Assembly: GCA_041492755.1 (NCBI GenBank) | Contig: JBGPXN010000095.1 | Coordinates: forward strand, 1-16,387 | Direction: 5' to 3' | Source of the DNA: Candidatus Methylomirabilia bacterium | Lineage (GTDB): Bacteria > Methylomirabilota > Methylomirabilia > Rokubacteriales > CSP1-6 | Length of the DNA stretch: 16,387 nt | Shown: positions 15,378 through 16,387 of the stretch, piece after piece | Numbering within the stretch: the stretch's first letter is position 1 | Layout of the letters: the number at the start of each line of letters is the position of its first letter | The notes under the pieces: model-generated | The model's input: only the letters and a program-made list of their open reading frames with translations | Told to the model about the DNA's origin: nothing | Databases searched by the model: none | Made by a program: the position numbers and the translations under genes

Positions 15378-15417
15378 GTTGTAGAAGTCCACCAACGCGT
15401 TGTATACTCACTACAAC
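15378..15417 (+). promoter_or_regulatory. Tandem palindromic operator overlapping a putative sigma70 promoter of the XRE gene
   Basis: GTTGTA-N7-ACCAAC (15378-15396) and perfect GTTGTA-N7-TACAAC (15399-15417), 21 bp apart. They overlap TTGTAG (15379-15384)-N18-TATACT (15403-15408). Confidence 0.7.
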
Positions 15418-15500
15418 AGCGGCGAGGGAGGAGTCGGCACCCCTAAGGGCCGGTGCCGTACAAGGAGGACTACACAACACAAGAGGGAGGGAAGGCGACG

Positions 15501-15869
15501 ATGGCCACGGCGTTCGGGGAGTATTTCCGGGGGCTGAGAGCGGGACTAAACATGCCGTTGAGGCAGTTCTGCATCGCCAATGGCTACGATCCGGGAAACA
15601 TCAGCAGGCTGGAGCGGGGACTCTTGGCGCCCCCGACAGCGGACGAGAAACTTCGTGATTACGCGCGAGCACTGAAGATCAAGAAGGGGTCGGATGAGTG
15701 GATCACGTTCTTCGACTTGGCAGCAGTCGCGCGGCGAGAGATACCACAGGACATCATGGCCGATGAGGAGCTCGTGAAGTGGCTCCCACTGGTGTTCCGG
15801 ACGTTGCGTGGCCAGAAAGTCGATGAGAAGGAGCTGGACGCGCTTGTGGACAGGGTGCGGAAGGCCTAG
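15501..15869 (+). CDS. XRE-family helix-turn-helix regulator
   Basis: ATG 15501 after a GGAGG-containing tract. FGEYFRGLR...LRQFC...DPGNISRLERG is the HTH_XRE pattern. Directly upstream of an ImmA/IrrE-like gene. Confidence 0.9.
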   Translation: MATAFGEYFRGLRAGLNMPLRQFCIANGYDPGNISRLERGLLAPPTADEKLRDYARALKIKKGSDEWITFFDLAAVARREIPQDIMADEELVKWLPLVFRTLRGQKVDEKELDALVDRVRKA

Positions 15870-15872
15870 CCT

Positions 15873-16387
15873 TTGGCGATCCGCGTGCCCCGGCTGTCCT
15901 ACGAGGATGTCCGAGGATACGCGGATCGCTTCCTTGGCGAGCATCACCCCTCCCTCGCGGCTCCAGTTCCGATCGAAGAGATTATCGACTTCGGACTGCG
16001 GATCAATATCATCCCGATCCCCGGCCTCCAGGCGGTGCATGACATCGATGGATTTCTCTCGGCCGACATGGGAGCCATATCCGTCGATCAGTAGTCTTCG
16101 AGAACCGCCCTGCCCGCTACCGCTTCACGCTCGCGCATGAGATCGCTTATCTGGTGATCCACGGCGACAGGCTCAAGGAGGTCGCGCCGAAGTCGATCCC
16201 CGACTGGAAGCAGTTCGTGCGCGAGCTTCCGGAGCGTGATTATGCGTGGCTGGAGTGGCAAGCCTACGCCTTCGGCGGGCTGGTGCTCGCGCCGCGCGGT
16301 CCGCTGCTAGCGGCTCACGACGAGGCTGTCCAGGCGGCTCGCGAGGCTGGTATCGACCCCGCGGCGAACCTGGATTTCGCACGCGAC
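15873..16387 (+). pseudogene. ImmA/IrrE-family (DUF955) metallopeptidase, frameshifted; runs off the right edge
   Basis: MAIRVPRLSYEDVRGYADRFL...PVPIEEII...IDGFLS...ISVDQ, then TAG at 16092-16094. It resumes in the -1 frame from 16094: VFENRPARYRFTLAHEIAYLVIH...WLEWQAYAFGGLVLAP, the R.RFTLAHE and E.QA..FA pattern. Confidence 0.85.

Noticed and set aside
16085..16100. Programmed frameshift or readthrough in the ImmA-like gene
   Set aside because: No slippery heptamer precedes the TAG, and readthrough would not restore the frame. The HEXXY change also points to decay.

Overview
GC-rich bacterial genomic DNA in four blocks. (1) 1-6540, minus strand: a tightly overlapping flagellar basal-body/hook operon, flgF-flgG-flgA-flgH-flgI-flgJ-flgM-flgN-flgK (flgK runs off the window). 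It has a candidate sigma54 promoter before flgF and a candidate sigma28 promoter inside flgJ before flgM. (2) 6818-8742: a divergent three-gene module, with a secreted PEGA-like protein on the minus strand and two tandem bactofilins on the plus strand. Its intergenic DNA carries the same sigma28 motif as flgM (CCTCAAG-N15-GCCGAT), a consensus sigma54 promoter, and the same CGGCA-N5-TGCCG palindrome found upstream of flgF, so these non-flagellar genes may belong to the flagellar regulatory cascade. (3) 9018-14725: an FKBP PPIase, then a minus-strand metabolic run (SAM methyltransferase, LLM flavin oxidoreductase, amidohydrolase, and a 525-aa protein with four His-bearing repeats). (4) 14793-16387: a decaying accessory edge with an Hsp70 fragment abutting a truncated HepT toxin, an N-terminally short MntA-type nucleotidyltransferase, and an XRE regulator with a tandem operator followed by a doubly inactivated ImmA/IrrE peptidase. 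A 118-bp palindromic element overlaps the 5' end of flgI in frame, and GC hairpin elements occupy several intergenic gaps. All calls come from manual motif reading; no database searches were run.
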